Positions 13,190 to 26,633 of a DNA stretch of 64,000 nt are shown piece by piece. The first letter of the stretch is position 1; every line of letters starts with the position of its first letter. The notes under the pieces were generated by a model, which saw only the letters and a program-made list of their open reading frames with translations, made no database searches and had not been told where the DNA came from. Where the stretch lies: NCBI RefSeq assembly GCF_009914755.1, contig NC_060947.1; one strand, given 5' to 3'. The stretch comes from the human T2T-CHM13v2.0 reference genome, Homo sapiens. The position numbers and the translations under genes are program-made.

Positions 13190-14530
13190 TTTACCAACTT
13201 CTACTTCTCCAATTTTTTATCGGCTTCTTTTCAATTAGGATTTTATCAACACCACCCTAGAAAATCTGCTCTGGTCAAGACACCAAAGGTCTCTTTGTCA
13301 CAAAATCCAGTGGCAATTGTCAGTCTTCATCTCTTTTTTTCTCCTTGTTGCACTTTATGTGGCTCTCAGGACCCATTCAAATAATCCACTTCTTACCTCA
13401 CTGGCTATTCCTGTCGTTTCCTTTGCTGAATCCTCTTCTCCCCAACCTCTTCATATGGAAGTGTCCGGGGTTCATTCTCGGGTTTCTTTCCGTCTTTATC
13501 TACACTCAATGGCTAGCTACATGATCTAATCATATTACTTTAAATGCCATCTATATACTGCTGAAAACTCCCCATTACATATTTTCAGTACAGACCTCTC
13601 CCCTGAAATCACAATTCGTATGCATAACTGCCTAATTGATAAGCACCTTTAAATTTCTAGTAGAAATTTAACATGTATAAGGCAGAAATTCCAATTTCCA
13701 CCCTGCTACCTCGAGGCATGCAAAGCCATCAGTCTCCTTACCTACACAAGTGTCAATTCTATCCTTCTGCTTGCTTTAATCAAAAATTGGAGTTGTATTT
13801 GACTCCTTATGTTCATATACGATTCATATTTAGTCCATTAGCATATCACATCAGCTCTGTATTCAACATTTATTCATTTAACATATATTTATTAAGTACT
13901 TACTAAGTGCTGGGCACTGTTATACGTACTGGGAATAAAATGGTACTGAAAAAGACAAATGTCCCTATCATTTGGAGCTCCCATTTCTATTGGGATGCTT
14001 ATATCTGAGTAGCTGTACCTTTAAGATATATTCAGAACATGACTACTGCTCATAATTTCCACCACTACCACCCTAGTCTGAGTCACCATCACCTCTTTCC
14101 CAGATTACTGTAAAGGTTCTTGAACTCATCTCCCTGCTTCTGCCCACGACCTTCTACAGTTTATTCTGGACAAAGCAGTTAGAATAATCCTTTAGAAACA
14201 CAAATCAAACAAAGTCCCTCTCTCCTCAGAAGCAAGAATGTTCTTTCTCTAGACATCCACATGGCTGTCCCCATTTCTTCCCTTGGTTTCTGCTCAAATA
14301 TCACCTTATTGGTGATGCCTACCTTGATGACACTATAAAAATTGCACATGAATGTGTATTTACACGCATGCACACACATACACCAATTATTCATTATCCC
14401 TTTATCTTCATTTAGTTTATCTTCTGAGAATATATCACATAGCTATGTGTTTAATTTTTCATGTCCTTCTTCTGTCCCTTAAATGTAAGCTTCATGAAAG
14501 GTGGGATTTTCTCTTTTGCTTAATTGAATG
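13190..14530 (+). mobile_element. L2a containing an antisense L2 3' end (about 13860-13995)
   Basis: Pyrimidine-rich L2 body ending aatgtaagcttcatgaaaggtggg; nested attcatttaacatatatttattaagtacttactaagtgctggg. Confidence 0.75.
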
Positions 14531-14539
14531 TGTGCCTTC

Positions 14540-15085
14540 AAGGAGCAATCTGTCTGGTGGGAAAACTAGTAATATATTGTGTAACTCAAGAAAGGATGGA
14601 ATTATGGAAGAAGTAATTCTTCATTCTGATTAGGAAGTTCAGAGAAAATGTCACTTACTGGGTGGCATTACAGCTTAGCTTTGAAAGATACTAGTTATTG
14701 TAATAGCTAAAGAATGATAATAAAAACAGTCCAGAAAAAAAGAAACAATTATATATGCAACTATATATGAAAGAGTACAAGAATTCATTAACATATTGTG
14801 CATTCAGAGGTGGTGACTGGGGAGTCATAAATACGTATGAAAGAGTTTAGAAAAAAATAATGTTGATAGTTTAGATAATGTGAGACTGGGGAGGGTTCTG
14901 TGTTATTCCAGGAATTTAGAAATTATTTTATAGGCAAATGGGAAGCCATTATTGGACTTTGGAAGGGGATAGGCATAATTCTGTTTGTATAATAGGAAGA
15001 TTAATCTAGCAATAAGTTGAAGACTGGATTGAAGAGGTAAGACGTACATTATGAGACTTTTGAAATAAGTCTAGATGAAAAATGA
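14540..15085 (-). mobile_element. L2 (L2c-like) fragment
   Basis: Purine-rich; ataggcaaatgggaagccattattggactttgg. Confidence 0.5.
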
Positions 15086-15819
15086 CAACCTGCATTGCTC
15101 TGCTTACTAGCTATGTGGCCGTTGCTTTTCAGAATCTTTCCTAACTGGTGCTGTTTATAATTTTCTTATCTCAGCAGTGGGGGGATGATGTCTCAGCACT
15201 GTGATTGCCTCTTTCTGGCCAGATGTGGCCCATTCTCCTGTTATGCAATATTAGGCAGACAAGAGGGAGAGGAGCGAAAGACATGTTTGGTTTGGGATAA
15301 AGTATACATAATGGAATTATTAAAAATATATATGTTAGTATCAATTAAAAATCCAAGACAGAAGAATGTTGAGTAGTTTATAATCTCTCGATTTTTGTAA
15401 TTTTATATAACAAATAAAAGAAAGTTTATGAAGAATTATTAAGGGTATAAAACATCAATTCATTCATCAATTAACAAAACAAATATGTATTTAGATGCTA
15501 CTTAATATATCAGGCACTATTCAAAGTTTTGGAGATAGGTCAGCATAAGAAACATCCCATTCTCAAGGAACCCACCTACTAGGGGTAGAAAGCTTATTCT
15601 GTGATGATCATTGAGAAGAAAAACAGAATGTAAACATACAAATGTATATTTTAAGATAGGAAGAGGTACTAATATAGATATAGGTTAAGAGTAGAAAAGA
15701 TACAGAGAAAATATACCAAAATGTTAAAGAAAATTTTCTTTATAATAGAAGTACAAATGCATTTCTATTTTGTTATGTAAGCTTTACTTAATTTGTAACA
15801 AATGCTACTTTTATCATCA

Positions 15820-16085
15820 GTGCATTCATGTAATGGCTGTGTTAAAGATTACCGCAAAATTAGTTATTTAAAAACATTCATTTATGATATCACACTTTCT
15901 GTGGGTCAAAAGTATAGATCTGGCTTAGCTAGCTCTCCTGCTCAGGGTCTCACAGCTCGCAATCAAGGTGTCAGGTTGGCTGCACCTGAGGACTCAAATG
16001 TGGAAGGATCTGCTTGCTTAGAAGCAAGTGACAGATCCTGTCCACATGCAAAAGTTAGACAAATTATGTTATGATGTCTGCCACA
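15820..16085 (-). mobile_element. MLT1-family LTR, internally deleted
   Basis: tctggcttagct...gctcagggtctcac...aatcaaggtgtcagg; ends tctgccaca. Confidence 0.65.
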
Positions 16086-16156
16086 ATCAGAAATATCAAG
16101 AACTTAATAAAATTGGATGGTGAATACAAAATAAGTTGCATTAGTTGGCTTTTTCT

Positions 16157-16458
<302 letters not shown>

Positions 16459-16494
16459 GGCTTTTTCTAATTTTTCATATGGAATCAATAATTC

Positions 16495-16863
16495 TGAAAT
16501 TCAAAGACTTAGAAAACAAGGGATTATTTCTCCCTCTCTTTGCCCTTTGGTTACAGGTCAAGTTAACTGATGATTTCCCATGTCTCTTCATTCCTGGATC
16601 CAGGCTACAAGAAGCAGACAGCATCTGGGATATGCCATTCTCTAGCCAAAGGGCAAAGCAAGAGAGTTGGTAGAAACTCAAGATGCTGTTAAAGCAGCTG
16701 CTCTGAAATGGCACATATTTCATCGGGCAAAAAGAGTCTTATGACTGAGTTTGATGGCAGTGGGACAGGAGAATGCACTCTTGACACAGTGGTAACTGCA
16801 AGTCTTGTGGCAAAGGGTAAGGCTTGCAATAGTAGAAAGCGCTTTCAGTATGATCTGTCACCA
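16495..16863 (-). mobile_element. Old MLT1 (I/J-like) LTR
   Basis: ttcattcctggatccaggct...atctgggatatgccattct. Confidence 0.55.
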
Positions 16864-17534
16864 TTTAATGAGGTTTATCCTGGATTGAGTAAAATTGGTA
16901 TTGAAACTTGCCAATAAAGTTTTATGCAAAAAAAGTATTCCGATATACCAGATAAATTGTTTGATCCAAAAAGCTGATAAAATGTTGAGTTCTTATTTGA
17001 ATAACCAAGAAATCTTCTGTTCTCCTTATTTGTGAGTAAAACTTGATACCCTCCATGACACTTCATTGTGTTTTAATGTTATTTGCGCGATAAATATGGG
17101 AATATTAATTTATTACAATTGTTGCAACAATATTCTATTAATTTAACCTCTAGGAAAGATATAATATACCACTTGTTGATTGTCAAAACAAGAAAATAAA
17201 TACAAAGAACCATGTGCCTGACCCACTGGGTGCCAACTGAATAAGCAGTAGAAAGTTTATGTCAAGAGGTATAATCAAAATAGACTTGAGAAAACACTTT
17301 ACAGATGTCCCATTGATTTTTTAGCTAAATCCAATAAGTTTTTGCTGAGCTTTCCTCATGCCAGGCATGTGCTTAGTCTATGATATGAAAAAATTTTGCC
17401 CTTAATGAATTGTCTCGTAGTTGTAAGAAGTGAATTGGGGAAGTAGTTGCCCTAAGAATTTGGACTTCCTTAATAGCAGCTTGTTATTGAAAAGCTTTAG
17501 GCAGGACAGTGACACAACAGACACTTGTTTTAGA

Positions 17535-17692
17535 CCAAAGCTTGTGAAATGTTAATGTGCATGCAAATCACTGGAGAGATTGTTAACTTGCTTATTTTGA
17601 TTCAGTGGAACGAAGATGGAGCCTACAATTCTGTGTTTTTAACAAGCTTCCAGGTGATTGATATTGCTAAGACCATATTTTGAGAAACAAGG
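17535..17692. mobile_element. MER5A
   Basis: aatgtgcatgcaaatcactgg...tttaacaagcttccaggtgat...tttgagaaaca. Confidence 0.75.
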
Positions 17693-19562
17693 TTTTAGTT
17701 AGGCCGTTGTCTCCAGCTTGCAAGGAAGATGGCTTAAAAGGAAAGGAGAATAAAGGCATCTATATGCTCAAGTTCGCTGCCCTTCATCTTATAAGTGGTC
17801 TTTATAACTTGTGATCATTATCTCTCCATTTATAGAAAACACATAGATATTGCTATCAACCGATCCCTAAGGTGGTCCGTTTAGAGTGTGATTTAGGCCC
17901 TGGCTAAGTACTAAAGTACAGTATGGGAAATCTGCAAGCACCGTGACTCTCCAAGTGTTCTGCCCTACAGTTGGGTAAGCAAATAGAGGTTCAAAACTGC
18001 AAACAAACAACAACAAAAAAGTTGAAGTAGAAGTAAGATCAATCAATTGTGACCTAAAAGCAAAAGAGCTTTAGTATTGAAGTTGAAACAGCTGTTGGGG
18101 AGTAAGGCAAAGATAAATTCACAAAGAGGTAGGTGAATAAGGAAGATGGGCGCACAGAATCTAAATATATTCTAATCTCAGAAAAAAAAAAACTCATCAC
18201 AATTCATGCATTTTTTTTAGTCCAAAGGAATATTCATTAATATCTACAAGGATTATTTTTGTCTTTGCAAATAATAGTACTCTGAGAAAAAGACTGCCTT
18301 CCTGAAATCCTTTGACTTCTGGAATTGCTCACTTAACAGGCATTTCAAAGTCTATTAGATAGAACACTTGGAGATCATATAGTTTCTACTCTGTTTTATA
18401 GATTAGGAAACTGAGGCACATTAGAGGAGCTGGGACCCTGTCATCTGATCTTAGTTCAGTGTCCAGAGCCCATGGCCCAAAACTAATAGAAAAAGAAAAA
18501 AAAAATACAGAAAATGCCTCACTCTTCCTTTGAGTCTAAAATGACTGGGATGCTTAGTTTAACTTGTCTGTAGAAGTTAGCAATACTTCTAGAAATACAT
18601 TAAATATCACTTGGGATATTTTATTTATTTAAATTTATATTTGTCAGCACTGAAAATGAAAAAAGTAAGCTGTGACAAGCTAATGTGAAAGTTATCATTT
18701 TAAAATATTCAGTTTGACATATTTCCATAAAAGCAAGCTGTTCATAACTGCAGATTTATGGATTATGTCTCAATGTTGTGTGTCACTGAAATCTGCAGTT
18801 TAAAACTCAGCAATAGGAAGGAAGCTGGTCATCGTTAGGTGATGATAATGTACATCAAATTTGAAATTTTTTTCAGGGACAGGAGGAAAGGGTAGACATG
18901 AGTGGGTACGAATTCCAAAACAGCACGTGCCTGTGTTTCCAATGATGTATTGCTTGCTTGTCAAAGCCATTAGACAAAGTAGCTCTCCTTAGAACTAAAT
19001 TGAAAACTATGTATACATATTTGCAATACTAATGTTCAAAGCCCATAACTCTTAAACTGTGTGCAAAAGAAAGCATTTAGTGAATTTCTACCCATGATCA
19101 TGTGTATATGCATACATGTTTATTCTTTTTTTTCTTTTCTTAAATTAAATAGAATGTAATATATCAGGCTTGCTAAATAATCATTGTCTAAGAAAAATTA
19201 CTCTTTTCCATGCACTAATAATTATGGCTCAGATTTTCAGTGGCCAAAATTATTTATAAAGTGAGGTTGTAACTTGAGGTAATTTTCTAGTTAATTCAGA
19301 TCAGTAAAAATAAAGTTTGAAAGTATAAAAAAAAATAAAAATTATTGTGATTGCTTGTATACACCGATTAAATTCATCAAACGTTTGCTTAACTTATTAT
19401 ATCATTGTTTTAAGCAGTGACTGTTATGCCATCATGGTCAATACCATGTTGCTTTGAAGGTAGGTCAGACTGTCCAGTGCTCATCTCTGTATATCCTCTG
19501 CTAACGTGCCAAGAACTATTTGAGGGATCTGTGAGCAAGCTCTGCTGGCAACAGTTTAGGTT

Positions 19563-19700
19563 AATGGTTCTCAATGGAACGGTATAGTGTCTCTAAGGGG
19601 ATACTTTGACATATGTAGGAATTATTTTTGTTTTTCAATGGTGTTGGAGGTAGTACTAGTCTTACTAGACAGGAGCCACAAGAAAGTATTGACTTAAAAT
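19563..19700. mobile_element. MER20B-like hAT fragment
   Basis: aatggttctcaatggaacggt...ctaagggg. Confidence 0.4.
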
Positions 19701-19726
19701 ATCCTACTAGAAATTCATAATTCCCT

Positions 19727-20227
19727 TTTGTTAAAGACTATTTTTTAGATGAGTTTTAGGTTCACAGCAAAATGGAGAGGAAAGTATAGCGATTTCCCAT
19801 ATAGTCCCTGCTCCCAAACATGCAAAGCCTCCTCCATTATCAGCGTCTCCACGAAAGTGGTACATTTGTTACAACTGATGAACCTACATTGACATACATA
19901 CATCATTATCACTCAAAGTCCATCGTTTACATCATGGTTCACTCCTAGTGTTGTACATTCTCTGGGTTTGGACAAATGCATAATGACATGTATCCATCAT
20001 TATAGTATCAGAGTAGTTTTACTGCCCTAAAAATCTTCTGTTCCTTACCTATTCATTACTAGCTCCCTTCTCACCCCTGTCAATCACTGACCATTTTATT
20101 GTCTCATAATTTTGCCTTTTCCAGAATCTCATAAATTTGGAATCATACAGTATGTGTCCTTTTTCAGATTTGCTTTTTTCACTTAGTAATATGCATTTAC
20201 ATTTTCTCTATAGTTTTTCGTGTCTTA
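19727..20227 (-). mobile_element. L1MC1-like 3' end
   Basis: ttttaggttcacagcaaaat...gtggtacatttgttacaactgatgaacctacattgaca. Confidence 0.85.
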
Positions 20228-20229
20228 AA

Positions 20230-20415
20230 TATGTTAAAAAGCAATAAGTGCTGTTGGAAAAAAAAAAGAAAAGAAGCAAGCAGGATAAGAGCAACATGGA
20301 ACGCCAAACATGGGAAGAGGGCAAATATTGCACTTTAAAATAAAGGGGTCTTGAAAGGCTTAATTGAGAAGGTGACATTCATGAAAGGCTTGAAGGAGGT
20401 TGAGACATGAGGATA
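20230..20415 (-). mobile_element. L2a fragment
   Basis: gaaaggcttaattgagaaggtgacatt. Confidence 0.6.
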
Positions 20416-20448
20416 GTTTAGAATAAACATGTCCTTAGGATATGCCCT

Positions 20449-22708
20449 TGTATTAGTCTGTTCTCACACTGCTAATAAAGACATACCCAAGACCAAGTAA
20501 TTTGTAAAGGAAAGAGGTTTAATTGACGCACATTTCCACAGGGCTGGGGGACCTCACAGTCATGGTGGAAGGCAAGGAGTAAGAAAGCCACCTGATACAT
20601 CAAAGCAGGTAAGAGAGAATAAGAGGCAGGCAAAAGGGGTTTTCCCTTATGAAACCATCAGATCTCATGAGACTTATTCACTACTATGAGAACAGCATGG
20701 GGGAAACCACCCCCATGATTCAATTATTTCCCACGAGGTACCTTCCACAATACATGGGAATTATGGGAGCTGCAATTCAAGATAAGATTAGGATGGGGAC
20801 ACAGCCAAACCATATCATCCCTTACCTGGCTCCTCCCAAATCTCATGTCCTCACATTTCAAAACCAATCATGCCTTTCCAACAATCCCCCAAAGTCTTAA
20901 TTCATTTCAGCATTAACTCAAAAGTCCACAATCCAAAGTCTCATCTGAGACAAGGCAAGTCCCTTCCATCTATGAGCCTGTAAAATCAAAAGCAAGTTAG
21001 TTACTTCCTATATAAAAGGGTAGTACAGGCATTGGGTAAATGCAGCCATTCCAAATGGGAGAAATTGGCCAAAACAAAGAGGCTACAGGCAACATGCATG
21101 TCCAAAATCCAGCAGAGTAGTCAAATCTTACAGCTCCAAAATGATCTCCATTGACTCCATGTCTCACATTCAGGTCATGTTGATGCAAGAGGTGGGTTCC
21201 CATGGTCTTGAGCAGCTCTGCCCCTGTGGCTTTGCAGGGTACAGCCTCCCTCCTGGCTGCCTTCACAGACTGGTATTGTGTCTGCAGCTTTTCCAGGTGG
21301 ATAGTGGAGGCTGTCAGTGGATCTACCATTCTGGGTTCTGCAGGAGGGTGACCCTCTTCTCACAGATCTACTAGGCAGTGCCCCAGTGGGAGACTCTGTG
21401 TGGGAGTTTCAACCCCATAGTTCCCTTCCATACTGCCCTAGCAAAAGTTCTCCGTGAGGGCGCCACCCCTGCAGCAAATTTCTCCCTGGATATCCAGATG
21501 TTTCCGTACATCCTCTGAAATCTAGGCGGAGGTTCCCAAATCTCAATTATTGACTTCTGTGCACCTACAGGCTCAATACCATGTGGAAGCTTCTAAGGCC
21601 TGGGACTTGCACCCTCTGAAGCCACAACCCAAGCTGTACCTTGGATTCTTTTAGCCATGGCTAGAGTGGCTGGGATGCAGGGCACCAAGTCCCTAGGCTG
21701 CACACAGAAGTGGGGCCCTGGGCCCCGTGAGCTCAGAAAATCATTTTCTCCTCGGAGTCGTCCAGCCCTGTTATGGTAGGGGCGGCTGTGAAGTTCTCTG
21801 ACATGCCCTGGAGGCATTTTCCCAATTGTCTTGGCAATTAACATTTGTCTCCTCGTTACTTCTGCAAATTTCTGCAGCTGGCTTGAATTTCTCCCCAGAA
21901 AATGGGTTTTCTTTTCTATTGCAACATCAGGCTGCAAATTTTCCAAACTTTTATGCTCTCCTTCCTCTTGAATGCTTTGCTGCTTAGAGACTTCTTCCGC
22001 CAGATACTCTAAATCATCTATTTCAAGTTCAAAGTTCCACAAATCTCTAGGTCAGGGGCAAAATGCCGCCAGTCTCTTTGATAAAGCATAACAAGAGTGA
22101 CCTTTGCTCCAGTTCCCAACAAGTTCCTCATCTCCACTTGAGACCACTTAAGCCAGGACTTCCTGGTCCATATCACTATCAGCATTTTGGTGAAAGCCAT
22201 TCAACAAGTCTCTAGGAAGTTCCAAACTTTCCCACATTTTCCTGTCTTCTTCTGAGTCCTCCAAATTGTTCCAACCTCTGCCTGTTCCCCAGTTCCAAAG
22301 TTGCTTCCACATGTTTGAGTATCTTTACACAGCACCCCACTCTACTGGTACCAATTTACTATATTAGTCTGTTCTCACACTGCTAATAAAGACATGCCCG
22401 AGACTGGGTAATTTATAAAGGAAAGAGGTTTAATTGACATGCAGTTCCACATGGCTGGGGAGGAAGGCAAGGAGGAGCAAAGCCAGTGTTAATGGCAATA
22501 GGCAAAGAGAGAATAAGAGCCAAGCAAAAGGGGTTTCCCCGTATTAAACCATCAGATCTCATGAGCCTTATCTACCACAAGAACAGTATGGTGGAAACTA
22601 CCCCTATGATTCAATTATCTCTGACTGCATCCCTCCCTCAGCACATGGGAATTATGGGAGCTACAAGTGAAGATGAGATTTTGGTTGGGACACAGCCAAA
22701 CCATATCA
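20449..22708 (-). mobile_element. THE1B/C provirus (LTR 20449-20817, internal 20818-22359, LTR 22360-22708)
   Basis: Two direct LTRs, about 1.54 kb THE1-int, 5-bp TSD gccct at 20444-20448 and 22709-22713. Confidence 0.95.
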
Positions 22709-23208
22709 GCCCTCTTTCTTCTGTACTTTCTCTTTCAGTAACATTTTCTCTTGGTTCTCTCTCCTTCCTCATCCTTAATGGTTTTCTCACCCTTTCTTTT
22801 CTGTTGGTTTTCTATGTTTCTTCTAGGCTGCACACTGGCTATTACAGGCCATCTTAAGTATTGCTTAGGTCCTTTAAGATTAAAGAGGTTGCTGGCCCAC
22901 TGTTTAAAATAGATTTACACCAATTAAAGCTGTTAATAATTTTGAGAGCACCAATCTTTCTTGTGTGGTCACATGAACTCTGAGGCTATATGCTGTTTGA
23001 GGGTGTGATCAATTTTGCCTCAAAACTGAAGTAATCCACCTTCAGTCTCCTCACCCTGTTACTCCCTCAGTGTCTGCTTAGACCTCTCCTCATAGAATGT
23101 CCTCAAAAGGCTTCTGATGAGTTTATTTTAGCTTCACCTATAGAGCTGAAAAATAAAGCACCACTATTAGAGTTAAGTGGATGATGTAATTCCGATACTT
23201 CTCTCTCT

Positions 23209-23211
<3 letters not shown>

Positions 23212-23250
<39 letters not shown>

Positions 23251-23260
23251 CACACACACA
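23212..23260. repeat. (CA)n microsatellite
   Basis: Long CA run with one TG interruption. Confidence 0.95.
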
Positions 23261-23772
23261 TATATGTGCACCCAACAACAGCAATAATAAAAGACGTGGC
23301 TATGTAGAAGTCAGCCAATTGCTCCCAAATTTTATTTTGTTTTCAAAAAAACCATGTTCATAATTCTGTCTCCTGGGACACAAAAAGTAAGATGAAAGAG
23401 AGATCTTGCAGGAACTTTATATTTCAGATGTATGAAAGAGTCCCAAAGTAATAAGTAGACACCCATAACTAAGATTAGTATTTTAAATATTGGAGGAATT
23501 TTGGAGACTGGCTGTATACACAAAATTTAGAGTTTATGTTGGGTTTCCAGCAGTCAATATTGTCTTACACATAAGAAGCAGTATCCCAAAGTGATTCTGT
23601 TATTGTTTGCTTTAATGTGTAAGTGTACAACAAAAAATAACACCCTTCATTTCTTTTCCAAAACACTTGTTTTTGTTAAGTCAGTAATGTACTCAACATG
23701 CTTAATGGTTTGCAATAAACATGAAGCTTCCTATCCAATAATCTTCCCCTGTCAATTTATGGGAGGTGTTTT

Positions 23773-24774
23773 TTTAATTATTATTATACTTTAAGTTCTG
23801 GGGCACATGTGCAGAACATGCATGTTTGTTGCATAGGTATACATGTGCCATGGTGGCACCCATCAACCTGTCAGCTACATTAGGTATTTCTCCTAATGTT
23901 ATCCCTCGCCTAGTCCCCCACCCCTCATAGGCCCTAGTGTGTGGTGTTCCCCTCCCTGTGTCCATGTGTTCTCATTGTTCAACTCCCACTTATGAGTGAG
24001 AACATGTGGTGTTTGGTTTTCTGACCTTGTGATACTTTGCTGAGAATGATGGTTTCTAGCTTCATCCATGTCCCTGCAAAGGGCATGAACTCATCCTTTT
24101 TTATGGCTGCATAGTATTCCATGCTTTATATGTGCCACATTTTCTTAATCCAGTCTATCGTTGATGGACATTTGGGTTGGTTCCACGTCTTTGCTACTGT
24201 GAACAGTGCTGCACTAAACATGCATGTGCATGTGTCTTTATCATAGAATGATTTATAATCCTTTGGGTATATGCCCAGTAATGGGATTGCTGGGTCAAAT
24301 AGTATTTCTAGTTCTAGATCCTTGAGGAATCGCCACACAGTCTTCCACAATGGTTGAACTAATTTACACTCCCACCAACAGTATAAAAGCATTCCTATTT
24401 TTCCACTACCTCTCCACCATCTGTTGTTTCCTGACTTTCTAATGATCTCCATTCTAACTGGCATGAGATGGTATCTCATTGTGGTTTTGATTTGCATTTC
24501 TCTAATGAACAGTGATGATGAGCATTTTTTCATATGTCTGTTGGCTGCCTAAATGTCTCCTTTTGAGAAGTGTCTGTTCCTATCCTTTGCCCATTTTTTG
24601 ATGGGGTGGTTTGCTTTTTTCTTGTAAATTTGTTTAAATTCTTTGTAGATTCTTGATATTAGCCCTTTGTCAGATGGATAGATTGCAAAAATTTTCTCCC
24701 ATTCTATAGGTTGCCTGTTCAGTCTGATGATAGTTTCTTTTGCTGTGCAGAAGCTCTTTAGTTTAATTAGATCA
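23773..24774 (-). mobile_element. L1PA7/8-like 3' 1 kb, 5'-truncated
   Basis: ORF2p C-terminal peptide in ORF 24126-24533; 14-bp TSD atgggaggtgtttt at 23759-23772 and 24775-24788. Confidence 0.95.
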
Positions 24775-24914
24775 ATGGGAGGTGTTTTGTAGAAACAGGA
24801 ACGGTTGCCTCTTATCCGTGCCACTTTTGTGTGTGGCTGACAAGCAAATATCAAGAGCACTGCATATATCAAGGCCATTGTCCTTGGCCAAGGACAAAGT
24901 GTTTGTTCTTGATA

Positions 24915-25095
24915 AGGTCCCTAACTGGGTGACCTTAAATAATTTCCTTAAATTCTGTGAGTCTCAGTTTTCTTATATCTAAAGTAGGACTAATAATTTC
25001 CCCAGAGCATAAATCAGGAGTTTTGGGGAGAACTAAGGGAGATTATATTTAGAGGTACTTTGAAGCTAGAAGTTGCTAAATAAATATTAGGCATG
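24915..25095 (+). mobile_element. MIR
   Basis: gggtgaccttaaataatttccttaaattctgtgagtctcagttttcttatatctaaa. Confidence 0.7.
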
Positions 25096-26633
25096 ATTAT
25101 GAAGGATTACTGTTTATTTAATGCAAGAATAATAGAAATAATACTGTTTGCACTGGTTACATTTATTGTGTTGAAAACATCTTTGCCAGGACTTCATGGC
25201 AAGTTGTCAACACACATATACATAACACCAAAGTTATTGCAATCTTTCATATTTTCTCCTGCAATTGTGTTTCATGGAATATTATCTTTTCTAGCAGGTA
25301 TTTCTTCCTCAGTCGTCACTACTGAAATACCTGAACCATAATACAGGAATAATCACTGATGTTTTTACTGACATGCTTTGCACAAGCTTATCAGAATATA
25401 TACTTATTTAACAGGAAGTAAATATAACAAATCTTACTATTCAGAAAGAACTTGAAATACTTGCCCCGTGACCCTAATATTTCAAGTATTGGCAGGCAAT
25501 ACTCAGTCAATATTCTTTTTAATAATCTAGCTCAGTCAGTGCCTTGAGTCGTTTACCCAAGTTCCTCAGCTGTCAAATTTACTCATCATCGTTCCAGGAT
25601 TTACAAGAAAGTATATGTCTCTGAGGGTCTTTCTTCAACTTTGTGCTGTGCAGTCTGGCACATTATGATATAAGCTGTTTACATCTCATAACCTTCTGTG
25701 CGAGAGAAAAAGAGAATCACTGCTTCCCTTATGTTCTCTGCATGTTACTGTCTTCTTCTTCACTTTTGTGACTTTTCTTTTGATGATATGGTAGTTGCTT
25801 CTGGCCTTCCTTGAGGGTGTATGATCCCAAGAAACATTCCAACCCAACATGGTCCCTATTTAATCTCAACTTGTATAAACATGCATCATGGTTTTGCTTG
25901 ATTGTGATCTCGTATTCTGTTGGTATATGTAATTCTACTTGTGGTTACATGCTTATATAAGCTGTAAGGTTGGATCTTAATCCATATAGATTCCTATCAG
26001 TTATCAAGGCCATCTTTAGAGCACGAAGCTATCTCCAATCCAGCACAGAACAGATATTTGCCTATGGGTCCTGTTAAAATTAACCTTCCTCTGCCATTCA
26101 AATGAAGGCAACACAGTTATCCTTTAATTGGACCAGATGTTCTGAAGTGGCAATAAAAGTTCCAACTAAACAGAGTGATTTAGATGACAAAATAAATTTG
26201 AGGCCTTCCACTGTGAACTCAATTAAAAGATGCTATGTTTTTGTTTGAGAAGAGTTTGTCAGCTGCACAAAAAAATGATTGCAATGCTATGACAAATCAA
26301 AAGACGCTTTTGCCCAGAATTATATGTGTCCTGCATGCAGGCATATACCTATCTGTGTTATACTGTGGAAAATCTCAAATTGTAAGTCACAAAAATGAAG
26401 CGATGGACTTAAAAGCTTTATCTGCACTCTGGACTGCTGAAAATAGAGAGAATCTTCCCAATTCTCTGGCAAGATTTGATTACTCACCTCAGTCAACATG
26501 TCACATGATGAATACTGTGCATTTTCAAAAGCAAGTAGTTGAGTTTGAAATAAGGGCACTTAAGCCAGGCACTTTGGTCTGAGTCTCACCAAAATAGATG
26601 TTGCTGGCTTAGGCTTGGTGAAAGGTTGACAAC

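Noticed and set aside
20997-22200. Longest ORFs (110 and 149 aa)
   Set aside because: Frameshifted remnants of the THE1 internal ORF.
24126-24878. ORFs with protein-like sequence (also 3655-3906, 7962-8225, 9071-9358)
   Set aside because: Broken L1 ORF2p C-terminal fragments in truncated elements, not genes.
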